From Nemertoderma westbladi (lineage: Eukaryota > Animalia > Xenacoelomorpha), in the NCBI GenBank assembly GCA_032718475.1, contig JAUCBJ010007727.1, positions 1,988-65,987 on the forward strand: 64,000 bases of DNA. Reading direction: 5' to 3'. A program made the position numbers and the translations under genes. Each line of letters opens with the position of its first letter. The stretch's first letter is position 1. Under the pieces are notes generated by a model, which was not told where the DNA came from, ran no database searches, and worked only from the letters and a program-made list of their open reading frames with translations. Below, in pieces: positions 48,708-63,003 of this stretch.

Positions 48708-50174
48708 ACTTTGTGCTATAAGGTGTTTTATATCTACTTTATTTTGCTAATATACGGATTTCACTTTCTTCTTTTTTATTAAATAATATGATTAAAGATG
48801 TAATGCATTGTTGCTCAGCTACGTATGGGATAAACAAAATGTTATAGAATGTGATGTATTTATTAAATATAATAAAATAGTCTCGCGCAGATGCAAAACC
48901 ATTCAACTTTCGAACGCCTATGTCTCAGCTATTTTAACGACGAAATTCAGATTGTGTTTCATATTTGGAATCCCGCTTTCCATCAGTAAAACAAATCACA
49001 ATAAGTATAATATGGTTTAAGAATAACTGCGGTGTAACTGGAGCAATATTGACTCCTTTTCTACAGTCTACTCGCTTGTAGCTAAAAAATGAGAGCAAAA
49101 GTAACAATTCTGACTCACCCACCCAGCACCTGGAAGTAGAGTTGCATGAAACTTACTCTGTTTCAACTTTTATGCAATGTCATTATGATTTGCAGACAAA
49201 TTTGGGGGGGGGGGGTGGGTGGGGCTGGGGGTACCTGAATAATGACACTACAGTATATTCCAGGACATGGTGTAAATACAGTAGGTATATATTATATGCA
49301 TTAATTAATGGAAACATTTCGTGATTGAGTTGGGAGCGGGACATTTTCACACAACAATACTTGGTAACCGGGATATGTAGAAGAAATCCCTACCCTGCCT
49401 TGACCCATTCCGTTATTAATGATCCGTTCAAATTGAAACTTGTTAGATACAGTATGTTCTACTATACAGTCGGGATCTCAAAGTGCATCTGTTCTTTGAG
49501 ATTTTCTCAAAGTTTTTCTAAAAGTGTCTAAAAAAGTCATTACATTACTCCCAACGGCCGCTTTGAATTCTTGTAGACACTTTTAGTTGGGAATCTCAAA
49601 GTGATTTCCTGCTTTTAGGCACTTTGAATTCTTTGAGAAATGTCACTTTGAGGTAGTTTGCGGCACTTTTAATTCTTTGAGAAAATAAACTCAGAGGTAT
49701 TCCTGATTGACAGCTCGTGGTAAGTTAACTGAGAGGCAGAGGCATTCTCGGGGAACAATATTATGCGGGCAACAAAGTGATACTTGTGTGCTGGCCAGTT
49801 GTTGCATAGAAGATATATTCCCATTAATTTATCAAATTGAGGTTCCTGAGGTCATTACGGGATGGGTTTTCGGTCGCAAGTACAAATTGAATTTACGGCA
49901 CCCTAAAGTCTTTCTAAAAAACATTCATTCAAATAATACATGAAACATAATTAGTGAAACAAGATTAATGCTTGACAAGATTGATTATTTTAATAACATA
50001 ATACAATATCAGATTAACAATTAATATAAGAGAAACTGCACTGTAGTATCTCTGTGTATATGCAGTTTCATTATAATGACCTAAAGAAGCCCTGTTGGGA
50101 GAAAGCTTGTAATAACATTTGTTATTCATTTCATTAGTCACCTCAGGTCAAACCGTACTACCTTAACTGTTTAA

Positions 50175-51048
50175 GGGGGGGGTATACCCCCCCTCAGGTA
50201 AAATTTTCAAATTGTTGTTTCTTTATTTCATCTAGTGCAGAATTTAATGATGATTACAAATCTGAAAACCGCTTAGTGAGACCTCTTTCAGTTCTCCAGT
50301 TATCACTGTTTTTCCGTATGACGGTCTGTCCGTCAAATTGTAAGAAAGACAGAAGACCGACAGACAGACAGACAGACTAGATTCCACCAAAAATTAAAAC
50401 TGACATCGGAAATGAAATCAGTGACCCCGAAAACCCCCGTAATGAACATTTTAGCTCGTTGGTGTGCATCCTTCGTGCCGGAAATAATTAACCAACCAGA
50501 ACGCAGACAGCCAATTTTGGCGGGACGGTTTAAACTTTGAAGGGCATTTTCTCGGAATGACATTTTTCATTTTCAAATTACTACTCCTCCGTCATTTTTT
50601 AACCAATTTACTTCGTTTATGGCTCATTCGAATGAGCTTTGGAAGCTCTTTAAAAGTTATCTTATGGAATTTTGATAAATATTACAATTTTTTCTAATTA
50701 GCCAATTTTAATTAAAAATATGATAATTAATTAATTAATTTAATTAATTAAAATAAAAATGGCTAATTAAAAATTCTATAAGATAACTTTTGTAGAGTCG
50801 ATCACGCTGAGTCCAAAAAAGTTGGTTTCAAGAAATTTGGACCAAAATTGAGGGACTAGTAGCAATTTTAGTGAAATCTTTAATTCCGCCGCCAGCCGCT
50901 AGGGGGAGGCTATAAATTTTCAAATTTTACTATAAACGCTATTTGGCCTTCCATACAGTGGTTGACCATAACAAAATAGCAGTATTATCATTTAACACAA
51001 ATTGACAGCCATTTTAAAAAAAGGTTCATGGGGGGGTATACCCCCCCC
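50175..51048. mobile_element. TTAA-flanked MITE with palindromic G8-TATA-C7/8 ends (Kolobok-like)
   Basis: TTAA at 50171-74 and 51049-52; both ends read GGGGGGG(G)TATACCCCCCC(C). Confidence 0.7.
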
Positions 51049-51774
51049 TTAATTAATATGATAACTATGTTGACGAGAGCGCGAGAATTCCTTCTTAAAA
51101 ACTAAGAAAGGCTTTCGACTTTCAAGTACGATAGAACGGCCACCACCTTGTGTTGTTTTAGCTTAATAGAGATATTAAAATATCCCCTGCCGCTGGCGTT
51201 TATATTTGAGCATTATTATTTTAAATGTTTGCCTCATATTCAATTGATGTGTACCGCCTTCTGGCAAAGCGGCACCCAGTTTAAACTATCAATCACAGCT
51301 AGTGAGTAGCGACCCACGGACGGCGACCTTCAAACAAACAGGTGCAGAGTCGGAAAGAACTGTCACATGCTTTGCTTGGCTTGTGGTACCATTTGATTAC
51401 ATAATAGATTTTGGCAGACTGGGCGGTCGCTCTGACCATATGCATTGCGCACCAACAATGCCTAAAACATCTATGGGAACAGCCAATTAGTGCGCTTGAA
51501 TCATTTTCTTTATTCCTGCGTTATTCTTTACTTTGTATAACACAATTTACAGTAACCGGAAAAATCTGCAAGAAAAAGTATCTGCAAAGTATGGCTGGTT
51601 GACCATTGAAATGCATTGGTAAAGGTATTCGGCGTTCACGTGGGCTAAACAAATTTAAACAGTACAGTTTTAGCACTATACATTAATATAGATAGGGCAA
51701 CAGACAAACTGTCTATGACACAAATACCAACACATTCCGATAGCCCGCAATTATGGCGTCTCTAAAGAGTCCAA

Positions 51775-52130
51775 ATATAAATTAATAAAATCCTCTATGA
51801 AACAATAAAAATACCTAAAAAAAATACTGCTGTATTAAATATTAGTTACTGCAGTAACATATAACAATTACTGCAGTAACAAATATTTATTACTGCAATA
51901 ATCAATATTAATAAATAATTTAATAAAAATTTATACTGCAGTAATCAATGTTAATAAATAATTGAATAAAAATTTCTACTGCAGTAACAAATTATTTGTT
52001 ACTGCAGAAAAAGACAATTTTTTATTACTGCAGTAAGTTTAATTCTTACTTTCAGTAACAAATATTTATTACTGCAGTATTTTTTGGAGGCATCTTTATT
52101 GTTTCATAGAGGTTTTTATTACTTATATTT
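51775..52130. mobile_element. Foldback MITE with internal TACTGCAGTAA repeats
   Basis: CCTCTATGAAACAATAAA...TTTATTGTTTCATAGAGG inverted arms and many palindromic TACTGCAGTA motifs. Confidence 0.7.
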
Positions 52131-55100
52131 TAATTTTACCCTATAGTCAAAGTCAATATACCCATGACCTACTAGTTACTGTTATAGTAGGTCATGATAT
52201 ACCCCATACCATAGCCAGCTTCAGGCAGGACTGTATGAAATGACTGACAGTACTACTTTGAAATCTTTGAGGACACTTTGTCATTTTCTTGGACCACTTT
52301 TAGAAATTTGAGACACTTTTAGTTCTTTGAGAAAATCTCAAAGAACAGATGCACTTTGAGACCCCGACTGTATAACACATCCTGAATCTTTGGGGGGACG
52401 GTAATCGGTTTGTAGTTCTCCAGTCTGCCGCTAAAGGGCGAAATGAATACAAGGGACAACTTCCCCATTTCCCTGATCTTAATCTATTCAAGCTGAATCT
52501 TGAAATATATGTCCCAGACCACATGCTGCGTCTTTTTGAAGAAGGTGATCCATCTGTAGCTACCGCTACCAGTCTGCTGCTAGAGGGCGAAATGTCTGAA
52601 AGTACAATAGAAACCGTCCACACTATTTAACTGTGATTTGAATCAGTTTAAGATGAAACTTGGCAGATATGAACTAGAAAACTGGCTGCTTCTTTGTGAG
52701 ATGGTACTCCATCTACACTTATTGAGTTTTCCGCTAGACGTCGAAATATCTGAAAGTGAAAACTTTTATCTCAATTCGTTATCCGTTTAAGCTATTACTT
52801 AACTAACCTAAAGATAACTTTGCAGATATACATGATAGACCGCAGGCGCAGACCATCAACAGGCAGCGTCTTTGTTGGGGGAATAATCCCTCGGCAATTC
52901 TCCAGTCTACCACTAGTGGGGTGAAATGAAAATATTTTAAGAATTATCTGAAATGAAAACTTACAGCCCTTTCGTAGTATTCTTTATAATCTTTCATCAT
53001 CTTTCAGACTGAGTTTTTCTGAGGTCTTAAATCGACTGCAGTTACCCAGACTGCCTCTAGGTGGTAGTGATTAGGGGAAATCTGCTTAGATTTTGCTTAT
53101 AATGATTTTGAGTCGATACTACAGTACAGGCCACCAGAAAAAGCAGATTTCATCCAATGTGATCACATGTGAACACATTTGTTCAAGTCATCTGATTGGC
53201 AGGTTATGGCGAGTTATCTTCTAGATCACACAGCAGGAGGCTAACTTGTTGGGACCAACAAAAGCTTTGTGTGCGGTGCGCCTGTACGTCTGACATCAGG
53301 TAGATTAGAGAGCCCCCAGGGCGTTACGTTGCGGACATGGGCCTTATTGGTAGAGAGAGAACTACATACAAGACCACATGGAGGTTCATGGAGTGTATCA
53401 GAGTGGATGGGTATGTGGATGGAGGAGCCTAGACCAGTGAATAATTAATTTTGCAGGGAGATGTCGCGCCATTAGTCTGACACCGAGAGGGCACAGAGAA
53501 ACACCAGAAGATGCCTTAACATCACTAACTATAGGCCTACTAGACACGAGTAACCGCACACTATAAAGGTAAACAAAATCCTTATCGCATTTCTAGCTGC
53601 AATGAGTGACAGTTCGCGGCAAACTACAGAGAGTTTCCAGATTACTAAGCGTTTCAAAAGTATTCAAATGTATCCTTTGGTGAAAAAATTTTGGTTGTTG
53701 CCAATTCAATTATGTTCAATTGTCCCGTTCAACAACATTACATTACACTGGTACACATTTGATAAAATGTGTTCACATTTGTACAAATCTGCGTTTTCTG
53801 GTGGCCTGTACTGTAACATAATGTAAGACACCTTATGCTGCGTGCTGTGCGAAGGAAAAACTCTCAGTTTGTGTATGAGATGCTATGCCAAAGCCAATCA
53901 ATGCCCACGATGGATGAATTAAAGGGAACTCGGATGTCAGAGGAGGTAGGACATGTACTTCCTTTAGCTCTCAACTCGTTTTATTGTGTCCTGCTAACTA
54001 ACTAACTAGCGACGGGCGGCGGAATGTGTTCATAAAGCCACCTCTCATTAAAAACTGTCGTCTATGGTTATGGTTGCATCTAATATGGACTGGCAATGGG
54101 TATACCTATACATGCACACAGTTAGAGGTTTCTTTCTCCAACCCAACATGCGGGCGAATTACATCGGTATTCTTGATAAAGAGCTGTCTAGTTTTCAACT
54201 AATTGCAATTATGTTCTTTTGTACAGTATATCATTCTCGCAGATATTGGGAGACGTAGGATAATATTATTGAGCTAGATCCATTTGACCCCACGATAGAA
54301 AAAGGTAGTTTTCTGCTCTGTATCTTTATTGCGTTCTTGTATTAGTCCATTAATATTGCCAATATGATACTAAAAAAGCCAGCAAGCTGTCTATAATAAG
54401 ACCGTCCATAGGCAAACGTAGTATATTTTGGTCAACCCCGCATTGAACATTTTTGCTTACAGTATGCGAGTGTGTAATTCCAGCCCCCTAAATGTCGTTA
54501 AACCTATAAAACATTTGAACTGCCCAGTGCTTAAAATTCAATCATCTGGCCTCCCACCTAACATAGCAGTGAGTAACCTTATAGATATTCCCATAGGATT
54601 CACTGGGAAGAGCTATTCAGCTGGCTGGGTAATACATTACAAACTAACAGTTGATGTTTGCTTACTGTCTGGGATAGAGTGAGAGAGTAATAAACTTGGC
54701 AAGTAATAGTACTTCTCTGCAGTTTGGGCCTATCCATTCAATCAATAGTTAGTAGCTTACTAGGCCCTCATGAGTACCAGCAGCTGGTGTTCCTATCATT
54801 GAGTCTATGGCAATTTTCGTGTTATGGGGCTATTTTCGAAATAAAAAAAAGACACTTTAATAATTTTTTTCGAAACTTTTTTTCCACATCCTGGGGTTGA
54901 GCTGCGTCGATTGATATAACTTTCATTGACGGACGAGCTATAGTTTCGGAGGAGTTCACCCGATATGATACTACATACATACATACATATACAACATGTC
55001 CCGTAATATAGTGTCATTTTCTGATGACACGGACCCCCCCCCCCCCCCCCCCCCGATTTTTCTACAAATCTTTATCATAATGCTTGGAACACAACTAGTT

Positions 55101-55771
55101 CCATTCACCGTCGATGACCCCTTGAAGCCGGAATTTTGATTTTGCCTTTAAATTTTTTTTATAAGCGTTTTAAAAAAGTGTCTTTTGCGAAATCGAACCC
55201 TCCGTGTCGTGGCCATTCTTCACATTAGTCGTAATTTTATCATATCAATAGAAAGCCTGTGTTGCAAGGATTCTAAATATGTAACCGATCGTTGCAACAA
55301 AGTTTAGTCAATATCGTGATGTCCTTAATCCCAGTCTCTCCGTTCACTCGATATACTTTAATTCCACTAAATACATCCCCGATCTTCTAACGTAGGTCGT
55401 TCACATTCTCTGCGTAGCGAGAAGGGAAGGTGGACTCGTACGCCACCCAGCGACCGAGTATGTTCTTGCGACCTCACCACAGTAGAACACGAGGAACATG
55501 TTTTGGTAAATTGCTGCCCTATAACTAGAAAATTACGCGAAAGGTTCGGTCTCACTAAATTCAGCTCTGTGAACGCCCTTTTCGATGGTGCAGCACATCA
55601 TACTTTATGTTCTTTCTGTTTTGAAGTGGAAAAAATATTTCCGTAGGTAGTAAGTGAGACAATTAAATGTTCATATTTTAAAATTTACATAGACTTTTCT
55701 AAGAAATATAATGGAAGTAATATTATTTTGGACAATTATTGTTATGTCATCGTCATTATTTTGTATTTCGG

Positions 55772-58700
55772 ATTTGTGAGTTACCCTTATTAGTGGACTG
55801 TTATTGTGCCCGTGCTATTTGTGAGTTACCCTTATTAGTGGACTGTTATTGTGCCCGTGCTATTTGTGAGTTACCCTTATTAGTGGATTGTTATTGTGCC
55901 CGTGCTATTTGTGAGTTACCCTTATTAGTGGACTGTTATTGTGCCCGTGCTATTTGTGAGTTACCCTTATTAGTGGACTGTTATTGTGCCCGTGCTATTT
56001 GTGAGTTACCCTTATTAGTGGACTGTTATTGTGCCCGTGCTATTTGTGAGTTACCCTTATTAGTGGACTGTTATTGTGCCCGTGCTATTTGTGAGTTACC
56101 CTTATTAGTGGACTGTTATTGTGCCCGTGCTATTTGTGAGTTACCCTTATTAGTGGACTGTTATTGTGCCCGTGCTATTTGTGAGTTACCCTTATTAGTG
56201 GACTGTTATTGTGCCCGTGCTATTTGTGAGTTACCCTTATTAGTGGACTGTTATTGTGCCCGTGCTATTTGTGAGTTACCCTTATTAGTGGACTGTTATT
56301 GTGCCCGTGCTATTTGTGAGTTACCCTTATTAGTGGACTGTTATTGTGCCCGTGCTATTTGTGAGTTACCCTTATTAGTGGACTGTTATTGTGCCCGTGC
56401 TATTTGTGAGTTACCCTTATTAGTGGACTGTTATTGTGCCCGTGCTATTTGTGAGTTACCCTGATTAGTGGACTGTTATTGTGCCCGTGCTATTTGTGAG
56501 ATACCCTTATTAGTGGACTGTTATTGTGCCCGTGCTATTTGTGAGTTACCCTTATTAGTGGACTGTTATTGTGCCCGTGCTATTTGTGAGTTACCCTTAT
56601 TAGTGGACTGTTATTGTGCCCGTGCTATTTGTGAGTTACCCTTATTAGTGGACTGTTATTGTGCCCGTGCTATTTGTGAGTTACCCTTATTAGTGGACTG
56701 TTATTGTGCCCGTGCTATTTGTGAGTTACCCTTATTAGTGGACTGTTATTGTGCCCGTGCTATTTGTGAGTTACCCTTATTAGTGGACTGTTATTGTGCC
56801 CGTGCTATTTGTGAGTTACCCTTATTAGTGGACTGTTATTGTGCCCGTGCTATTTGTGAGTTACCCTTATTAGTGGACTGTTATTGTGCCCGTGCTATTT
56901 GTGAGTTACCCTTATTAGTGGACTGTTATTGTGCCCGTGCTATTTGTGAGTTACCCTTATTAGTGGACTGTTATTGTGCCCGTGCTATTTGTGAGTTACC
57001 CTTATTAGTGGACTGTTATTGTGCCCGTGCTATTTGTGAGTTACCCTTATTAGTGGACTGTTATTGTGCCCGTGCTATTTGTGAGTTACCCTTATTAGTG
57101 GACTGTTATTGTGCCCGTGCTATTTGTGAGTTACCCTTATTAGTGGACTGTTATTGTGCCCGTGCTATTTGTGAGTTACCCTTATTAGTGGACTGTTATT
57201 GTGCCCGTGCTATTTGTGAGTTACCCTTATTAGTGGACTGTTATTGTGCCCGTGCTATTTGTGAGTTACCCTTATTAGTGGACTGTTATTGTGCCCGTGC
57301 TATTTGTGAGTTACCCTTATTAGTGGACTGTTATTGTGCCCGTGCTATTTGTGAGTTACCCTTATTAGTGGACTGTTATTGTGCCCGTGCTATTTGTGAG
57401 TTACCCTTATTAGTGGACTGTTATTGTGCCCGTGCTATTTGTGAGTTACCCTTATTAGTGGACTGTTATTGTGCCCGTGCTATTTGTGAGTTACCCTTAT
57501 TAGTGGACTGTTATTGTGCCCGTGCTATTTGTGAGTTACCCTTATTAGTGGACTGTTATTGTGCCCGTGCTATTTGTGAGTTACCCTTATTAGTGGACTG
57601 TTATTGTGCCCGTGCTATTTGTGAGTTACCCTTATTAGTGGACTGTTATTGTGCCCGTGCTATTTGTGAGTTACCCTTATTAGTGGACTGTTATTGTGCC
57701 CGTGCTATTTGTGAGTTACCCTTATTAGTGGACTGTTATTGTGCCCGTGCTATTTGTGAGTTACCCTTATTAGTGGACTGTTATTGTGCCCGTGCTATTT
57801 GTGAGTTACCCTTATTAGTGGACTGTTATTGTGCCCGTGCTATTTGTGAGTTACCCTTATTAGTGGACTGTTATTGTGCCCGTGCTATTTGTGAGTTACC
57901 CTTATTAGTGGACTGTTATTGTGCCCGTGCTATTTGTGAGTTACCCTTATTAGTGGACTGTTATTGTGCCCGTGCTATTTGTGAGTTACCCTTATTAGTG
58001 GACTGTTATTGTGCCCGTGCTATTTGTGAGTTACCCTTATTAGTGGACTGTTATTGTGCCCGTGCTATTTGTGAGTTACCCTTATTAGTGGACTGTTATT
58101 GTGCCCGTGCTATTTGTGAGTTACCCTTATTAGTGGACTGTTATTGTGCCCGTGCTATTTGTGAGTTACCCTTATTAGTGGACTGTTATTGTGCCCGTGC
58201 TATTTGTGAGTTACCCTTATTAGTGGACTGTTATTGTGCCCGTGCTATTTGTGAGTTACCCTTATTAGTGGACTGTTATTGTGCCCGTGCTATTTGTGAG
58301 TTACCCTTATTAGTGGACTGTTATTGTGCCCGTGCTATTTGTGAGTTACCCTTATTAGTGGACTGTTATTGTGCCCGTGCTATTTGTGAGTTACCCTTAT
58401 TAGTGGACTGTTATTGTGCCCGTGCTATTTGTGAGTTACCCTTATTAGTGGACTGTTATTGTGCCCGTGCTATTTGTGAGTTACCCTTATTAGTGGACTG
58501 TTATTGTGCCCGTGCTATTTGTGAGTTACCCTTATTAGTGGACTGTTATTGTGCCCGTGCTATTTGTGAGTTACCCTTATTAGTGGACTGTTATTGTGCC
58601 CGTGCTATTTGTGAGTTACCCTTATTAGTGGACTGTTATTGTGCCCGTGCTATTTGTGAGTTACCCTTATTAGTGGACTGTTATTGTGCCCGTGCTATTT

Positions 58701-61179
58701 GTGAGTTACCCTTATTAGTGGACTGTTATTGTGCCCGTGCTATTTGTGAGTTACCCTTATTAGTGGACTGTTATTGTGCCCGTGCTATTTGTGAGTTACC
58801 CTTATTAGTGGACTGTTATTGTGCCCGTGCTATTTGTGAGTTACCCTTATTAGTGGACTGTTATTGTGCCCGTGCTATTTGTGAGTTACCCTTATTAGTG
58901 GACTGTTATTGTGCCCGTGCTATTTGTGAGTTACCCTTATTAGTGGACTGTTATTGTGCCCGTGCTATTTGTGAGTTACCCTTATTAGTGGACTGTTATT
59001 GTGCCCGTGCTATTTGTGAGTTACCCTTATTAGTGGACTGTTATTGTGCCCGTGCTATTTGTGAGTTACCCTTATTAGTGGACTGTTATTGTGCCCGTGC
59101 TATTTGTGAGTTACCCTTATTAGTGGACTGTTATTGTGCCCGTGCTATTTGTGAGTTACCCTTATTAGTGGACTGTTATTGTGCCCGTGCTATTTGTGAG
59201 TTACCCTTATTAGTGGACTGTTATTGTGCCCGTGCTATTTGTGAGTTACCCTTATTAGTGGACTGTTATTGTGCCCGTGCTATTTGTGAGTTGTCCTTAT
59301 TAGTTGATTGTTATTGTGCCCGTGCTATTTGTGAGTTACCCTTATTAGTGGACTGTTATTGTGCCCGTGCTATTTGTGAGTTACCCTTATTAGTGGACTG
59401 TTATTGTGCCCGTGCTATTTGTGAGTTACCCTTATTAGTGGACTGTTATTGTGCCCGTGCTATTTGTGAGTTACCCTTATTAGTGGACTGTTATTGTGCC
59501 CGTGCTATTTGTGAGTTACCCTTATTAGTGGACTGTTATTGTGCCCGTGCTATTTGTGAGTTACCCTTATTAGTGGACTGTTATTGTGCCCGTGCTATTT
59601 GTGAGTTACCCTTATTAGTGGACTGTTATTGTGCCCGTGCTATTTGTGAGTTACCCTTATTAGTGGACTGTTATTGTGCCCGTGCTATTTGTGAGTTACC
59701 CTTATTAGTGGACTGTTATTGTGCCCGTGCTATTTGTGAGTTACCCTTATTAGTGGACTGTTATTGTGCCCGTGCTATTTGTGAGTTACCCTTATTAGTG
59801 GACTGTTATTGTGCCCGTGCTATTTGTGAGTTACCCTTATTAGTGGACTGTTATTGTGCCCGTGCTATTTGTGAGTTACCCTTATTAGTGGACTGTTATT
59901 GTGCCCGTGCTATTTGTGAGTTACCCTTATTAGTGGACTGTTATTGTGCCCGTGCTATTTGTGAGTTACCCTTATTAGTGGACTGTTATTGTGCCCGTGC
60001 TATTTGTGAGTTACCCTTATTAGTGGACTGTTATTGTGCCCGTGCTATTTGTGAGTTACCCTTATTAGTGGACTGTTATTGTGCCCGTGCTATTTGTGAG
60101 TTACCCTTATTAGTGGACTGTTATTGTGCCCGTGCTATTTGTGAGTTACCCTTATTAGTGGACTGTTATTGTGCCCGTGCTATTTGTGAGTTACCCTTAT
60201 TAGTGGACTGTTATTGTGCCCGTGCTATTTGTGAGTTACCCTTATTAGTGGACTGTTATTGTGCCCGTGCTATTTGTGAGTTACCCTTATTAGTGGACTG
60301 TTATTGTGCCCGTGCTATTTGTGAGTTACCCTTATTAGTGGACTGTTATTGTGCCCGTGCTATTTGTGAGTTACCCTTATTAGTGGACTGTTATTGTGCC
60401 CGTGCTATTTGTGAGTTACCCTTATTAGTGGACTGTTATTGTGCCCGTGCTATTTGTGAGTTACCCTTATTAGTGGACTGTTATTGTGCCCGTGCTATTT
60501 GTGAGTTACCCTTATTAGTGGACTGTTATTGTGCCCGTGCTATTTGTGAGTTACCCTTATTAGTGGGCTGTTATTGTGCCCGTGCTATTTGTGAGTTACC
60601 CTTATTAGTGGACTGTTATTGTGCCCGTGCTATTTGTGAGTTACCCTTATTAGTGGACTTTTATTGTGCCCGTGCTATTTGTGAGTTACCCTTATTAGTG
60701 GACTGTTATTGTGCCCGTGCTATTTATGAGTTACCCTTATTAGTGGAGTGTTATTGTGCCCGTGCTATTTGTGAGTTACCCTTATTAGTGGACTGTTATT
60801 GTGCCCGTGCTATTTGTGAGTTACCCTTATTAGTGGACTGTTATTGTGCCCGTGCTATTTGTGAGTTACCCTTATTAGTGGACTGTTATTGTGCCCGTGC
60901 TATTTGTGAGTTACCCTTATTAGTGGACTGTTATTGTGCCCGTGCTATTTGTGAGTTACCCTTATTAGTGGACTGTTATTGTGCCCGTGCTATTTGTGAG
61001 TTACCCTTATTAGTGGACTGTTATTGTGCCCGCGCTATTTGTGAGTTACCCTTATTAGTGGACTGTTATTGTGCCCGTGCTATTTGTGAGTTACCCTTAT
61101 TAGTGGACTGTTATTGTGCCCGTGCTATTTGTGAGTTACCCTTATTAGTGGACTGTTATTGTGCCCGTGCTATTTGTGA
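55772..61179. repeat. 45-bp satellite, ~120 nearly identical units
   Basis: Unit ATTTGTGAGTTACCCTTATTAGTGGACTGTTATTGTGCCCGTGCT, with only scattered point variants. Confidence 0.98.
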
Positions 61180-61309
61180 AATATTTGTCAATAAATTTAT
61201 ATATATATAACAATATCTGAATTTCGTTAAGAAACAGCCTAGATATAGGCGTTCAAAGATTGCAAGAACTATTGTTCCTGAAAAACAATCGTCAAATTAC
61301 TCCCCAAAC

Positions 61310-61764
61310 CAGGGTTTTTTTTTCTAAATATGTTAGTGAAATTTATAAATAAAAATAGTGATTTGTAAATTTTTTAAACTTGTTTAGAAATATTTCTAAA
61401 ATTAAATATTGCAAACAACGAATTGAAAAATATAAACTTTACTACAGCGTTTGAAATAAAAACACCTGTAAATCAAAATAACCATTTTAATTTATTATTA
61501 ATGTTGTTTGTTCGTTATTCATTCACCAGAATCGAATATTTGATCATCTAAATCTGATTCATCTCCATCAGCTTCATTTGTACCAACTTCTATAATATCG
61601 AATAAACTCCCCCATTTCTCGAGGTATTGTTTATTTCTAAGAACATTGACATCGACTGTGTTATTCGGTGTTTTTTGGTTTTCTAAACAAATTAGAGATT
61701 TTCTAAATTTTTACTCGCCGTTTAGAAACTTTTCACAGCGGACATTTTGAAAAAAAAAACCCTG
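61310..61764. mobile_element. hAT-type MITE
   Basis: TIR CAGGGTTTTTTTT / AAAAAAAACCCTG with perfect 8-bp TSD CCCCAAAC (61302-09, 61765-72). Confidence 0.9.
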
Positions 61765-62224
61765 CCCCAAACGTACAATAATAATATGAAAAAATTACAA
61801 GAAATAAATATTATTTCAAAATATTAAATTATAAATTAATATTACCTTTTTGGTCGCTATACTGTTTATCAGTGAAGTAAAATTTTCAAATCTAAATATT
61901 ATATTATTATGAACTGAAATTCATTCATATCTTTAATTACAGGATAGGCGTACACTGTCAAAAGTACCTCAATAACCAAACTGCACAATAATAATACAAA
62001 TTAATTAATAGAAATATAAGTTAATAGCTATACAATTTGAACATATATCCCTAAATTCAGACAGTGAGACAGTGTGTCCTTGCTAATACAAACCTAAAAA
62101 TAAAATAAAATAAAAATGTGTCCGATCATACAGTCATAATACAAACAGAGTGTGTCCGAATATTCATACAGCCTTAATACAGACAGGGTGTCCCTTGGTA
62201 ATGGTCACTGTTAAGTTATAAGTC

Positions 62225-63003
62225 CAGGGATGGCACAACGAAACGAAACGAAGCATATTTGGTAATAACGAAACGGAAAAATAACGTAACGAAATAAAAA
62301 TACAAGCAAATAACGAAATAATAGTGTTTTGTTTCGTTAAATTATAAAGTAATTAATCAATACGATATAAATTTATTAATATATTAAAATAATTGAGAAA
62401 TTATAAATAATAATAATAACGATATTCTTATTAATTGTTGTACTGTAAACAAAGTAAATTATTTCCTTCAATACAGCCAACCTTTTTGCTTAACAGCTAC
62501 AGGTACCATTGCAATGCAACAGCCTAGGGGGGACTACAGTAGAACTGCAATAAGGCGCTAAGGCAATACCGATGGAAATTTAGTAACTATACAGTATACA
62601 ATTAATAGACTAGAGCAACTGGTATCTGACATTAGACCTGACAGGACGTTACATATGGTACCAGTCTATAGTATATAAATATTTGTTCTGGACTAACTGC
62701 CGAAGGCAAATTTACTTTACTTTTATATGGTAAGGCCTACTATAGCCAGTAGCCGCCCCAATGTTGCCTTAGGAAACATACTGGAACATTGAAATAAAAG
62801 TTATTTGCCAATAGCCGCCATTCGCCATTTTTTAAGTAAAAATACAAAATACTTATATTATTTTTATGAACTGTTAAATAAACGATACGAAACTTTTTCG
62901 AATTTCGTATCGTATCTTGGATTTTTCGTATAGTATTTTCAAATATTTGCATTCGTATCGAAATCGTGAAAATTTTGTTCGTATCGAATCTTCGCTGCCC
63001 CTA
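62225..63003. mobile_element. hAT-like MITE ends with subterminal AACGA / TTCGTA repeats
   Basis: CAGGGATGGCA start and GCTGCCCCTA end. No TSD seen, so possibly halves of two elements. Confidence 0.4.

Larger units (their letters stand above)
49467..52370. mobile_element. Non-autonomous TA-targeting (Tc1/mariner/pogo-like) element carrying nested MITEs
   Basis: TIR CAGTCGGGATCTCAAAGTGCATCTGTTCTTTGAGATTTTCTCAAAG is inverted at 52325-52370, with TA on both flanks. Confidence 0.75.

Noticed and set aside
53220-53950. Exon-like segments of a plus-strand gene
   Set aside because: Some AG/GT pairs, but the frames I tried contain stops and no recognisable domain.
55739-61210. 241-aa and 1580-aa ORFs of ICELPLLVDCYCARA repeats
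   Set aside because: By-product of a 45-bp unit lacking a stop in one frame; non-ATG starts, no unique domain and almost no synonymous variation.
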